In this document: piece after piece, positions 48,420 to 58,044 of the stretch
How positions within the stretch are numbered: the stretch's first letter is position 1
How the letters are laid out: the number at the start of each line of letters is the position of its first letter
The notes under the pieces: model-generated
Databases searched by the model: none
Told to the model about the DNA's origin: nothing
What the model saw: only the letters and a program-made list of their open reading frames with translations
Program-made: the position numbers and the translations under genes
Assembly (NCBI GenBank): GCA_963834385.1
Contig: CAWIBO010000005.1
Coordinates: 736,001 to 800,000 of the forward strand
Direction: 5' to 3'
Source of the DNA: an uncultured Verrucomicrobiae bacterium
Lineage (GTDB): Bacteria > Verrucomicrobiota > Verrucomicrobiia > Chthoniobacterales > UBA10450
Length of the DNA stretch: 64,000 nucleotides

Positions 48420-50026
48420 AATATCGCTGCGTTTTCTAGTATCGTTAGCCATATTCAGCCTGCGCCAACGCGTTTCTCGACATTATAGGGGCGCAACCAG
48501 CTTCAACCAGCAGGTCCTTCCCCGGAATCGCACAACGATCTCGCGAAGCAGCGTGGGAAAAAGTAGCGATGCCACCAGAATCAGCACGCCACCGAACACC
48601 AGGCCGTCCAGGCGAGAAATTGAAAAGCGGGGTGCGCCGGGCTAACGATTCCAGAAGATGAGTGCCCCTGCTGCTAATGTCGTGGCGATGGACAGAGGGC
48701 ACGATCCTGTTTCCAAACCAGTTTCGCTCCAGGAGACGCGACGAAATCCCCCCGCGATACAAACAGCCACAAATTGCCCGGCCGCCAGGGCCCAGGCGTA
48801 GGAGAGCGAATTACCACCTCCGAGCGCAACCAATATGGCGGGTAAACCGCTGTAAACCGGCGCGGCGACGCTAACACCTGGAAAGGAAAGCCAGCCGTAA
48901 TTGGTTCTTAGCCTGGAAAATTGCGGTAAAAAGCAACGCGGTTCAGACAGCCCAGCGAAGATGGTGCTGGGGGCAATCAAGGATTCGGCCTCGTTTGATT
49001 TCTCCCCATAAAGCAAACGTAAAAGTTGAAATCCGTCCGAAATTATGAACACCGCACTTGGAATGGAAATAAATAGCATCGTCTTGACGAATAACGTGGC
49101 GTGACGCGTAAATGCTCTGGGTCACCGGCGCTTCGCGGCAAGAGAGGATAAACTGTATCCACCACTAACGCCGCGACCCGGCCCCCCGTGGTTGAATACA
49201 AAACCTGGGCTCTGTTCAGAAGACCGACCGGGGCGTATCCGAGTGTAACAGGCAAGACGGCAGCTTCCAGTATTCCTCGCGCTGCCGTAAAAAGCGCCGA
49301 ACCCGAAAGCTGCGCGCCAAACTTCAAGGGCGCGCGATAGCTTTTCCACTGGGGCCATTTCCACCAGGCGGCCGGCGGCTTCCATTTTTCAATCAGCAAC
49401 AAATAGAGCCCCTGAGGAAGTCCATGAAGAAGGTTGTATCCAATAATCACCGCGAACGCGCCAGCGCCCGATAACGCGAGAGCAACGCTACTGATCACTG
49501 TAACGATGGTGGACGCACCCTGCACGAGGCGCAGGGTTCGATAGTTCAGATCGCGCCGCAGACGCGTCAACGCAATCTGATTGGCGAAATCGAAGATGAA
49601 ACCGAAGGAGGCCACGAAAAGAAGGGCGGCCATCGGCCGATAGGGCGACAACGACCAGCAGATTAGCGCGATCGCATTGCACGCAATAAATAAAGCAAGC
49701 TGAATGTAAAATCCGGCACTCCAATGCGCTCCCCAGTCGGGTTCTTCTCCTTCGTGGAGTTGTATCGCCTGCGCTATGAAGTAGCTGGAGCTGAAACAAT
49801 TAATAAGCGCCGTCACGCCGTTCACGGCCGCGACAAGGCCGTACTCCATCGGCGAGAGGAGCCTAACGAGCACGATCATTGTCACGAAGTTCGCAGCCAC
49901 GAGAAACACCTGGAAAAAGCCGCTCCAAGCAAGGCCGTGAAGGATTACTTTTCGTCGATCGACCACGGGCGGTTCGGGTGGCAGCGATGACCCGCCCGGG
50001 GACAGGAACGCCTCATTAGGATCCAT
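48420..50026 (-). CDS. wzx: Wzx oligosaccharide flippase; frameshifted, end approximate
   Basis: LVRLLSPMEYGL, many TM segments and VGLLNRA. Confidence 0.8.
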
Positions 50027-50360
50027 AGTAGTGCTGAGGAAGCAGAGGGGACGTCGATCGATGGTCGCGACCGGAATAACACGCATGAGACGTTGCTTCA
50101 CAATAACAATCCTCCTCAACGAATTCTTCCTCCTGCTTTCTAGGTCCTCCTTCTATTTCTCCGTCTAAGCTCTGCTCTCGTGTCCCGGATCCCCCTTGTG
50201 GCGGCCCAACTGCCCGATTTCTCGGTGTTCCGGGTCTTCAACGTCGCCGGAGTCGCCAGTTGCGCGGCCTTCCAACCCGCGGAGATTCCCAATCAATAGT
50301 TGACGGTGCTGGCGCTGCGACTGGCAGACCGTCAAGACAGATGGACGGATATTTTCAAAA

Positions 50361-51227
50361 GTGAAAGCGCTCAAACATGGCGTGAAGCACGTTTTATGGC
50401 GAGGGCTGCAACTGATGAGTCTCGGCCGTGAGGTAGCCGAATTGAGAGTATTGCGTGGCCCCGCGAAAGGTGTTTGGATGGAAATTGATCTTCGCAAAGA
50501 AGGCTCCTATTGGCTCGGAACTTATGACCAGTGGCTATTGAGCCGGATTCATTTGGAACGACTGGTTAAACCGGGCCACGTCGTTTGGGATTGTGGCGCG
50601 TACATTGGATATTACACGGCTATTCTTCGCCGGTTGGTCGGCGATAACGGCCAGGTGATTACGTTTGAAGCGTCCTCAAAGAACTATCAACGGGTAGCAC
50701 GACTGCCCGAACTCAACGGCTGGAAAAATGTGATCGTGCTTCAAAGGGCCATTGGCCCAGATCATTCAGTCATTGAATTTGTGTCCAACCTCGCCGGAGG
50801 CAGCGGACCATACGGGCTGACTAAGACATATTCAGATAAAGACGTGCTCGAAGTCGAAAAAGTGCGGTGCGTGGGATTGGATGAATTGGTTTACGAGCAG
50901 CAATGCCCGATTCCGGACTTTATGAAATTCGATCTCGAGACTGCGGAAGAGTTCGCATTGCATAACGGACCGAGGCTTTTTTCGGAGAAGCGCCCCCTGC
51001 TGCAACTCGAATTGCACGGTGAAAAGGCCCCTGCCGCGACGGGACAATTTCTTGAGAGGTATGACTATGCCGCGTGGGACGTACTCCAGTTGCCGCTTGG
51101 CACACCGCCTTTCTCCCTTTCAGCGTGTCAGTTTTTCAGTTTTTCAGTTGGATCGTTCGACCATGAACGAGCCGAGCACCAGCACGTCCATCAGTTGGAA
51201 AAGGAGAAAGTAGAAAGTCCAAAGTAG
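50361..51227 (+). CDS. FkbM-family methyltransferase, opposite strand; C-terminus runs into a repeat tract
   Basis: WDCGAYIG, FEAS, MKFDLE.AE and LELH motifs. Confidence 0.85.
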   Translation: MKALKHGVKHVLWRGLQLMSLGREVAELRVLRGPAKGVWMEIDLRKEGSYWLGTYDQWLLSRIHLERLVKPGHVVWDCGAYIGYYTAILRRLVGDNGQVITFEASSKNYQRVARLPELNGWKNVIVLQRAIGPDHSVIEFVSNLAGGSGPYGLTKTYSDKDVLEVEKVRCVGLDELVYEQQCPIPDFMKFDLETAEEFALHNGPRLFSEKRPLLQLELHGEKAPAATGQFLERYDYAAWDVLQLPLGTPPFSLSACQFFSFSVGSFDHERAEHQHVHQLEKEKVESPK

Positions 51228-51553
51228 AAGACTGAGACAAGGCGGCTTTTCACCCTTTTCGCTCTCCCGACCCTTTCTACCTTCCACCTTCAACTTTCTC
51301 CCTTTCGCTCGAGCAAGAAATTACCGAGAGCGAGGACGTCCATCGGTTGGAGAAGTAAAAGGTGCAAAGTCCAAAGTAGAAAACTGAGCAAGCGGCTTTC
51401 AGCCTTTTTGCTCTCCAGATCCTTTTTACTTTCCACCTTCAACTTTCTCCTTTTCGCTCGAGCAAAAAACTACCGAGAGCGAGCACGTCCATCTGGAAGA
51501 AGAAGTAGAAAGTGAAAAGTCCAAATTAGAAGCTGAGCAGGGAGCCGATCGCC
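51144..51553 (-). repeat. Array of three displaced carbamoyltransferase C-terminal tails separated by heptamer-rich spacers
   Basis: ATGGACGT starts at 51492, 51343 and 51191 encode MDVLALGSFLLERKGES*, MDVLALGNFLLERKGES* and MDVLVLGSFMVERSN*. Confidence 0.9.
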
Positions 51554-53387
51554 CTAAACGCTTGGCGCCCTTTCAATATGGAAACTGCCTAACACTAAGA
51601 CATCCATTTTGGTGCGGAGAAAGCAGTCGAGGGCTTCTTCCGGGCGGCAGACGACCGGTTCGTTCTCGTTGAAGCTGGTGTTGAGAACCAAAGGCACGCG
51701 AGGTCAGGGATCGGAAGTCGGAGATCAGCTGGTGATAAAGGGGGTTTGTCTCCTGGTGCACGGTCTGGAGCCGCCCCGAACCGTCGGCGTGGCAGACCGC
51801 CGGGATCTGGCTGCGCTTCTCTTCCCGGATCTGGAACACTTGCATCATGAACGGGACGTCGTCCTCCTGCTCAAACCATTCCCCCACGGCTTCCCGCAGG
51901 ATGGAGGGCGCAAACGGCCGGAATGATTCGCGCCGCTTGATCTTGGCATTCAGGATATCTTTCATGTCGGCCCGGCGCGGGTCGCCCAGGATCGACCGGT
52001 TTCCCAAGGCGCGCGGACCCCACTCGAGGCGGCCCTGAAACCAGCCGACGACGCGCCCCTCGGCGATGGCCGCCGCTGTCCGCGTCGTCAGCTCGGTCGA
52101 AACGCTGAAAACTGAAACGCTGAGATGCTGAAACTCCGGATTCCGGCCCTCTCGCAACCCTCGCTCGCGCAACAGCTGCTCGATCTCAGCGTCCGAAAAC
52201 TCAGGGCCGAGGAAAGCGCTATCGAGACCTCGTCTCGATAGAAGCTGGTAGTTGGAAGTCGGAAGATTGGCCGATTCTTTCAGCTTTTCAGTTGTCAGCT
52301 TTTCAGCTTTTCCGTCGGCGAGCTTCGCCGCGACGACCGCCGCCGCACCGATCGCGCCGCCGGCGTCGCCGGCCGCGGCCGGCAGATACATCCGCCGAAA
52401 CGGCGTGTGCAGATACACTTTGCCGTTGGCCACGGAGTTCATGGCGCACCCGCCGGAGAGGGCCAGATTCTCCGACGGTCGTGCCCGATGAGTTGCGTTC
52501 AGCAAGGCAAAGAACGCTTCCTCGTACATGGCCTGGACCGAGCGCGCGATGTCCTTGTGCTTTTGCTCGAGCGGTTCCTCCTTCGCCCGCGGCGGCCCCA
52601 AAAGCTCGGCCAGTTTGTCGGTGTACAGGATCCCACCTCAGGGGCGCAATCTTTCCAGCTGTAAGAGACGTTGTCGGTGTGATGCCGGAAATAACGCAGG
52701 TTAAGCCGGAACGTGCCGTCGGACTGCACCCGGACAATCTGGCGCATCTGCGGCAGGAACCGCGGCTCGCCGTAGGGCGCCAGGCCCATCACCTTGTATT
52801 CGTCTCCATAATGCGGAAAGCCGATGAACTGGGTGAGCGCCGAATAAAAGATGCCAAGCGAATGCGGAAAATAGACGCGCTGATCAATCGTGATCTCGGG
52901 CCCGCTACCCCACCCGATCGCGGTGCTGGCGAAATCGCCGAATCCATCGATGGAAACGCAGGCCGCCTCCGTGAACCCCGACACCAGGAAAGCCGAGGCC
53001 AGATGGGCATGATGATGCTCCACGTGATGCAGCTCGGCTGACAACGACATCCCATAGGCCTCTTCCAAGGCTTCCTTGGCGCCGCCGGCGCTCCGGATAT
53101 TGCGAATCTTCTCCAGCATCAGCCGCGGATCAGGCCGATGCCGCAGGACAAAGGCCAGCCGACGCCAGTTGTTCACCCCGGGCTTCCGATTGACCGCGAT
53201 ATGGTCAACGTCGCGCAGGGTGGCTCCCGCCTCCGCGCAGACAGTAATCAATCGCTTGCGTGGGAAGCCCGGCCCAATGTTTGATTCGCCGAAAGCGTTC
53301 CTCCTCCACCGCCGCGACCAGCTCGCCATCCTTGAAGAGGCAGGCAGCGGAATCGCCGTGATAAGCGTTTAGCCCTAAAATGAGCAT
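51554..53387 (-). CDS. NodU/CmcH-family carbamoyltransferase; frameshifted, with two in-frame repeat insertions
   Basis: HGDSAA..EEERF.R.KH, EHHHAH, YKVMGLAPYG, GGCAMN, GPRALGNRS and RESFRPFAP; ends TKMDVLVLGSFHIERAPSV*. Confidence 0.92.
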
Positions 53388-53435
53388 TTTAGGGCGAAAA
53401 GCTGAAATGCTGACACGCTGAAAAGCTGAAATTAC

Positions 53436-53810
53436 TCATGTCGCCCGTTCACTCCGTCGCAACTTGCTGATCATCGTTGTAAAGACTGCCAATAGTTCGT
53501 GTGATTCTGTTTTCAGATGGATAAGCTTTTCGTCCTTAATGTCACACTCCTCGTGGAGTAATTCGAGCCAGAGCTGGGATTCATCGGCTTCTTGAAGCAA
53601 TCCATCAAGCTTGGAGCAAAACTCCGCCTCGGAGCGCGCTCGAGAAGCTTCACGGGCGTGCGCGGCCACCGATGTCCCCGCCCGCAAAAGTTGGCGCCCA
53701 AGTATTTGTACTTCTCCGCGCTGCGTTGGGAGCCTGACATACAGTCGAATAATCTCGGAGGCATATCGTTTCGTACGGTCACGCAGTTCTTCAGAAAGTC
53801 GCATCGCCAA
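53436..53810 (-). CDS. Four-helix-bundle protein (23S rRNA IVP/Avd-like family)
   Basis: LRDRTK, QLLRAGTSVAAH.REA.RARS and EADES..WLELL motifs. Confidence 0.92.
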   Translation of the reverse strand: MAMRLSEELRDRTKRYASEIIRLYVRLPTQRGEVQILGRQLLRAGTSVAAHAREASRARSEAEFCSKLDGLLQEADESQLWLELLHEECDIKDEKLIHLKTESHELLAVFTTMISKLRRSERAT

Positions 53811-53853
53811 ATTTCAGCTTTTCAGCGTTTCAGTCTTTCAGCTTTTGCTTTTT

Positions 53854-54651
53854 TCATACGTCTGCCCATCGCGTTTGCAGGGGCGGCAGTTCGGAGCGGT
53901 GGCGATAGAGCATGCGGGCAAGGCTGCCGGCAATGATCAGACGCGGCACAATCATGTGCGGTTGGGTGAATAGCCGCGGCAGCCAACCGACCGCGCGCCG
54001 TTCCGCCCACCCTGGGATCGCTTTTTCAATTCCGGCCAGGAGGGAGACCGCAGCGCCCACACAATGGATCTTCGGTCGGTAAAGCAGGTATTCGCTTAGG
54101 TAACGCCCAAGCTTCTCCTGGACGCCGCCGGTGGTGGCGATGACGATCTGGCTGGGCCGGATCGATTCGATCTCGAGCAATAGTTTGTGGTCTTCCCCGC
54201 TGCCGGGGATTTGTTCCAGCACCCGGAAACTCGACTTGGGCGCGGTGATGCCGCGGGCTTGAAGCCAGGCAGCGATCTTCTCCTGCGCTTCGGTGGAGCC
54301 GACCAGCCATAGCCAGTTCCCCTGCTCGCGCGCCGCTGGATTTGTCAGCAAAGCCTCCATGTACTGAATCCCGGAAACCCGGTGCAGAGCCCGACCGCTG
54401 ATCCGTTTCCAGAGCGTTGTAAGAAGACCGCTGTCGGCCAGGATGATGTCTGCCTCCTGCAACGCCCGCCGGTAACCTTCGTCATCGCGGAGCTTGAGCA
54501 AAGCCGGTGACGCCGGAATGACGAGATAGCCGCCAACCTCCTGGAAACGCGTCACGGCTTCGGGCGCCGAAGCCGTTAAAGAAGGAGACGCCGAGGATGG
54601 TCTCGTCGGGAACGACGCCGGGGCGGTGGGTGGCGGGGAAGCGTCGTTCAT
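53854..54651 (-). CDS. WecB/TagA/CpsF family glycosyltransferase (copy 1)
   Basis: ADIILADSG, RVSG, GGVQEKLG and CVGAA motifs. Confidence 0.8.
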   Translation of the reverse strand: MNDASPPPTAPASFPTRPSSASPSLTASAPEAVTRFQEVGGYLVIPASPALLKLRDDEGYRRALQEADIILADSGLLTTLWKRISGRALHRVSGIQYMEALLTNPAAREQGNWLWLVGSTEAQEKIAAWLQARGITAPKSSFRVLEQIPGSGEDHKLLLEIESIRPSQIVIATTGGVQEKLGRYLSEYLLYRPKIHCVGAAVSLLAGIEKAIPGWAERRAVGWLPRLFTQPHMIVPRLIIAGSLARMLYRHRSELPPLQTRWADV

Positions 54652-54689
54652 CCGGGTTCAGCAGGAACCCGTGATCCTAGAACAAACGC

Positions 54690-54930
54690 CGGGAACTGGG
54701 AAGGGATATGGAAGCTGAGGAAGCTTGGAGCATTCGGGCCTGGCAGGGCCAAACTGCTGAAAACTAGAAGCTGGAAAACTGACATGCGCGGAGGAGCAGC
54801 AGAATGAAGGATAGCTTGGAGCTCGGCTGCTTGGCAGCTAGGAAGCTTGGAAGCTTGGAGCTGCGGGCCTGAAGCGAAATGCTGAAAACTGACAAGCTGA
54901 AATGCTGACATGGGCTGCGGAGCAGCCGGA
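54690..54930. repeat. Mosaic heptamer/hairpin junction
   Basis: GGAAGCT-type and (GCTGAAA)n tracts; GGCTGC-GGA-GCAGCC hairpin. Confidence 0.85.
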
Positions 54931-54939
54931 CTCTGTCGC

Positions 54940-55503
54940 TCAACCTTTTGCTGCCTTCTCTGCGGCGGACCATTGTTCTTCCAACCCCAACTCAGCCGCA
55001 GCTTGACCCGTCAAAGCGCGATCAGGGTTGGACAGACGCAGCATCGCGGCAATATCCCGAAGATGCTTTGGGTCGGCGCTTTCACGGTAGAATTCCAGCT
55101 TCCAAAGGATCACATACTCGGGCGGCGCCAGCATCACCTTCTCATCGCGCAATGAAACTGGCCGGCGGTGTTCCATCGCCCATGAAAAATAGGGATGACC
55201 CGTCGACGGATAGAAATCCGCCTTTAAACCGGAACCGCTGTGAATGATGTTGAAATGGCCTCTGCTCTCCCGCCCAATCTCCACCGCGAGCACGTCGGCC
55301 GAGGGCAGATAATACTCTTCCTCGGAGTAGGCGGAGCGGAGCTGTGCAAGATCGTTTTGGCGGAGCGACACCGCGATATCGATATCCAGGGTCGCACGTG
55401 GCTCCCCATAGACCACCGCGGCCACCGCACCGGAGACCATGTATGGAACCGCGGTGCGATTGAGCGGCCGGATGAAAAGCTCGATCAGGTCGGGTTCGCG
55501 CAT
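54940..55503 (-). CDS. Nucleotidyltransferase-fold protein (putative TA component)
   Basis: PYMVSGAVAA..YGEPRATLDIDI, PEYVILWKL and KHLRDI motifs. Confidence 0.7.
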   Translation of the reverse strand: MREPDLIELFIRPLNRTAVPYMVSGAVAAVVYGEPRATLDIDIAVSLRQNDLAQLRSAYSEEEYYLPSADVLAVEIGRESRGHFNIIHSGSGLKADFYPSTGHPYFSWAMEHRRPVSLRDEKVMLAPPEYVILWKLEFYRESADPKHLRDIAAMLRLSNPDRALTGQAAAELGLEEQWSAAEKAAKG

Positions 55504-55676
55504 GAAGCGAAAATGCGGGAAACCTCCTGAGAAACCTGGTCCCCGGTCCAATCCGGGTGCCTCTGGCGAACACCCGCGGTTTTCAACTCGCGCAGCATCC
55601 GCATTAACTGACTGAAAAGGGCGTACTTCTCCTGCGCGGACAAGGAACGCCATATCTCCTCCTGCTGGGCAGTCAC
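55485..55676 (-). CDS. Small helical partner of the nucleotidyltransferase
   Basis: QEEIWRSLSAQEK..GVRQRHPDW; overlaps the start of the downstream gene. Confidence 0.65.
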   Translation of the reverse strand: MTAQQEEIWRSLSAQEKYALFSQLMRMLRELKTAGVRQRHPDWTGDQVSQEVSRIFASCANPT

Positions 55677-55699
55677 AGGGAACGGTCGTCTACCGACCC

Positions 55700-56022
55700 G
55701 GGATGGCAAGGCTGCGAAGCAGCCGAAGCTTGGAAGATGGCCGCGGAGCGGCCGGTTATCGGTGATGGGTTGTTGGTTATCGGGAAGCAGGAAGAGGGGG
55801 GAATGAGGGTGGAGGATTGAAGATAGCTGGGAGCTAGGGCCTGAAGGGCCAAATGCTGAAACACTGACACGCTGAAAAGCTGACATTGGCTGCGAAGCAG
55901 CCGGAAGCTGGAAGCTGGAAGATGGAAGTTGGAAGCTGGAAGCTGGGAGCTGGAATGCTGACAGCTGCGGAGCAGGGACGCTGGGAGCTGGGAGCTGGGA
56001 GCTGGGAGCTAGGGAAGAAAAG
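55700..56022. repeat. Mosaic heptamer/hairpin junction
   Basis: GGCTGC-GAA-GCAGCC twice, (GCTGAAA)n and (GGAAGCT/GGGAGCT)n. Confidence 0.88.
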
Positions 56023-56265
56023 CTACTTGTCGAGATCGAGTCGCTCGGCGACCCGCAATGCTCCATCGAGAACCTTACCTGTGGGAAGATTGTCTTCCGT
56101 CGGGGGACTGGGAACCCATTCGCCACGCTCAACGAGGGCGGCCGCATGGGCCATCAACTGTTCGATACTCAAAAGCGGATAATGTCTCACCATCCAGGCG
56201 GTGAGGCGGAGACGCTCATCTGCTGGAAGCGTATCTACCGCCCGCTGTATCTCGCTCAAGCTCAT
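56023..56265 (-). CDS. Small addiction-module-like protein (80 aa)
   Basis: MSLSEIQRAVDTLPADERLRL N-terminus; isolated between repeat junctions. Confidence 0.6.
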   Translation of the reverse strand: MSLSEIQRAVDTLPADERLRLTAWMVRHYPLLSIEQLMAHAAALVERGEWVPSPPTEDNLPTGKVLDGALRVAERLDLDK

Positions 56266-56339
56266 TAGCTCAAGCTTACTGCGCGAAAACTCCAACGGCA
56301 AGACGGCGGAGGCTGGAGGCCGCTCGGAGCTAGGGGAAA

Positions 56340-56485
56340 AAAATAAGAATCAGGAAAGCAGGAACACAGGAAGAGATAGAGGATGGAGAGGAGAGGATAG
56401 AGAATTGCGGTTCCCGATAACCAATAACCAATAACCAATAACCGCGCCGTCCCGGCGCTCCCCTTCTTAATTCTTAATTCTTCCT
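56340..56485. repeat. Mosaic junction closely matching 18685-18832
   Basis: Same module order: GAATCAGGAAAGCAGGA, AGAGGATAGAGAAT, (TAACCAA)n, 17-mer, (TTCTTAA)n. Confidence 0.9.
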
Positions 56486-57395
56486 TTAATCCACCGGCGC
56501 TTCCCGCCCGTAGCGCAGGATCAGCCAGGGGAGGATGCGCGCGCTCCAGAAGCGGGGAACGAAAGTGCGCGGCTGCGCGAAGTATTCGGAAAAGCCAGCC
56601 GAGATACAAACGGTCAGCCCACATGGGGATCGCCACCTGGTCGCCCGTGACAAAACCCGGGGCCGCCCCGATGCAATGAATGGCGGGGCGATAGTCGAGC
56701 GCCTCCTTGAGATAAAGCCCCAGCTTGTCCTGCATGCCGCCGCCGATCGCCACGATGATGTGTTGCGGCTTGCGCTGCTGAACCATTCTGAGCAGCGCTA
56801 AGTCCGGCAAGCGTGGGGCCTGGAGCATGGGGTTCGGAGTTGGGACCAGAAGCTCAGAACGCTGGGGGCTTGTGACCTTCGTGTCCAGCTCCATGTTCGC
56901 TGCCCTGCGCCCCTTGCCCTCAGAATCTCGCGATCTCCGTGCTTCACTACCGCCTGCTCCGGCGGTAGATTCGCGGCGCCACGTAGCAATCGTCTCCGGC
57001 GCGAGCGGATAACCGTTCTCTTCGGCCCAGCGCAACGTCGTCTTTTGCGCCTGCTCACCCGGCAGGATCCAGAAGAAGGCCGCGGGCTCTTTTGCTTCCG
57101 GCAATTCGAGCAACGCTTTGAACAGGCGCAGACCGGAAATGCGGGTGAGTTGTTCGCCTTTCAAGAGGCGCCAGAAAACGACCAGCCAGCCGGAATCGGC
57201 AATGGCGAGATCAGCGTGCGCAATGGCGTGGCGATAGTCAGGGTCGCGCCGGAGCGCGATCATGGACGGCCCGGCCGGCGCCACGATGAGTCCGCCGTGC
57301 GCCGAAGCCCACCGCGCCGCTTCCTCCGCCGTCCCCTGGAAGAAATCGACGCCGAGGACGCGAGTCGTCGGGAAAATGCTGAAAAGCTGGACATG
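56486..57395 (-). CDS. WecB/TagA/CpsF family glycosyltransferase (copy 2); internal insertion and frameshifts, start uncertain
   Basis: RVLGVDFF, ADLAIADSG, GGGMQDKLG, CIGAA and YLGWLFR motifs. Confidence 0.8.
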
Positions 57396-57900
57396 TGCTG
57401 GGAGTGGAAGATAGGGTCACGGAGCAGGTGGCAAAAGCTGAAAACTAGAGTCAGAAAGCCCGGAGGAATGGGCATGGAGTGACAGCCGGAAAGCGGATGA
57501 GTCGGCTGGTGGCATTTAGCAGGCCGGAGACCAGTTTGCGATCAAGACCTGACAGTTGTGGCGAAGGCTGCTGGCTCTTTCTCCGCACGCTTTTCGGAAA
57601 ATTGTCGGACAATCTGAGGCTCGTAGAGAATATCGGTTCGCACGCAGATTGCGGGCGGCAACGTTAGCAACACTAACAGTATCGCCGAAGGTGCAGGAGT
57701 CGTTCGAAGGCCAGTCTCGACGGTGTTCGTCATAATCGATGACCGACGCCGCTCGATCTTCGAGGTGGCGAAAATGCTGCATCAGTTCTCGCTGAGAACG
57801 CGAAGCTTCCTCAGACCGTGATCGATCGCGTTGATCGAGACTTCAGCGGGAAAGCCGCATGCTCCACGCGTTCATGAAAACCCTGGAAAGCACATAGCCG

Positions 57901-58030
57901 TGCTCCCTGCTCCCTGCTCCCTGCTCCCTGCTCCCTGCTCCCTGCTCCCTGCTCCCGTGCTCCGTGCTCCGTGCTCCGTGCTCCGTGCTCCGTGCTCCGT
58001 GCTCCGTGCTCCGTGCTCCGTGCTCCGTGC
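57901..58030. repeat. (GCTCCCT)n(GCTCCGT)n heptamer tract
   Basis: About 18 near-perfect 7-mers directly after the helicase stop. Confidence 0.95.
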
Positions 58031-58044
58031 GTACCGGCGGCGCG

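Noticed and set aside
51144..51607. Diversity-generating retroelement (TR/VR pair), suggested by variable gene tails and Avd-like genes
   Set aside because: No reverse transcriptase in the window, and differences between the tails are not adenine-specific; many are synonymous.
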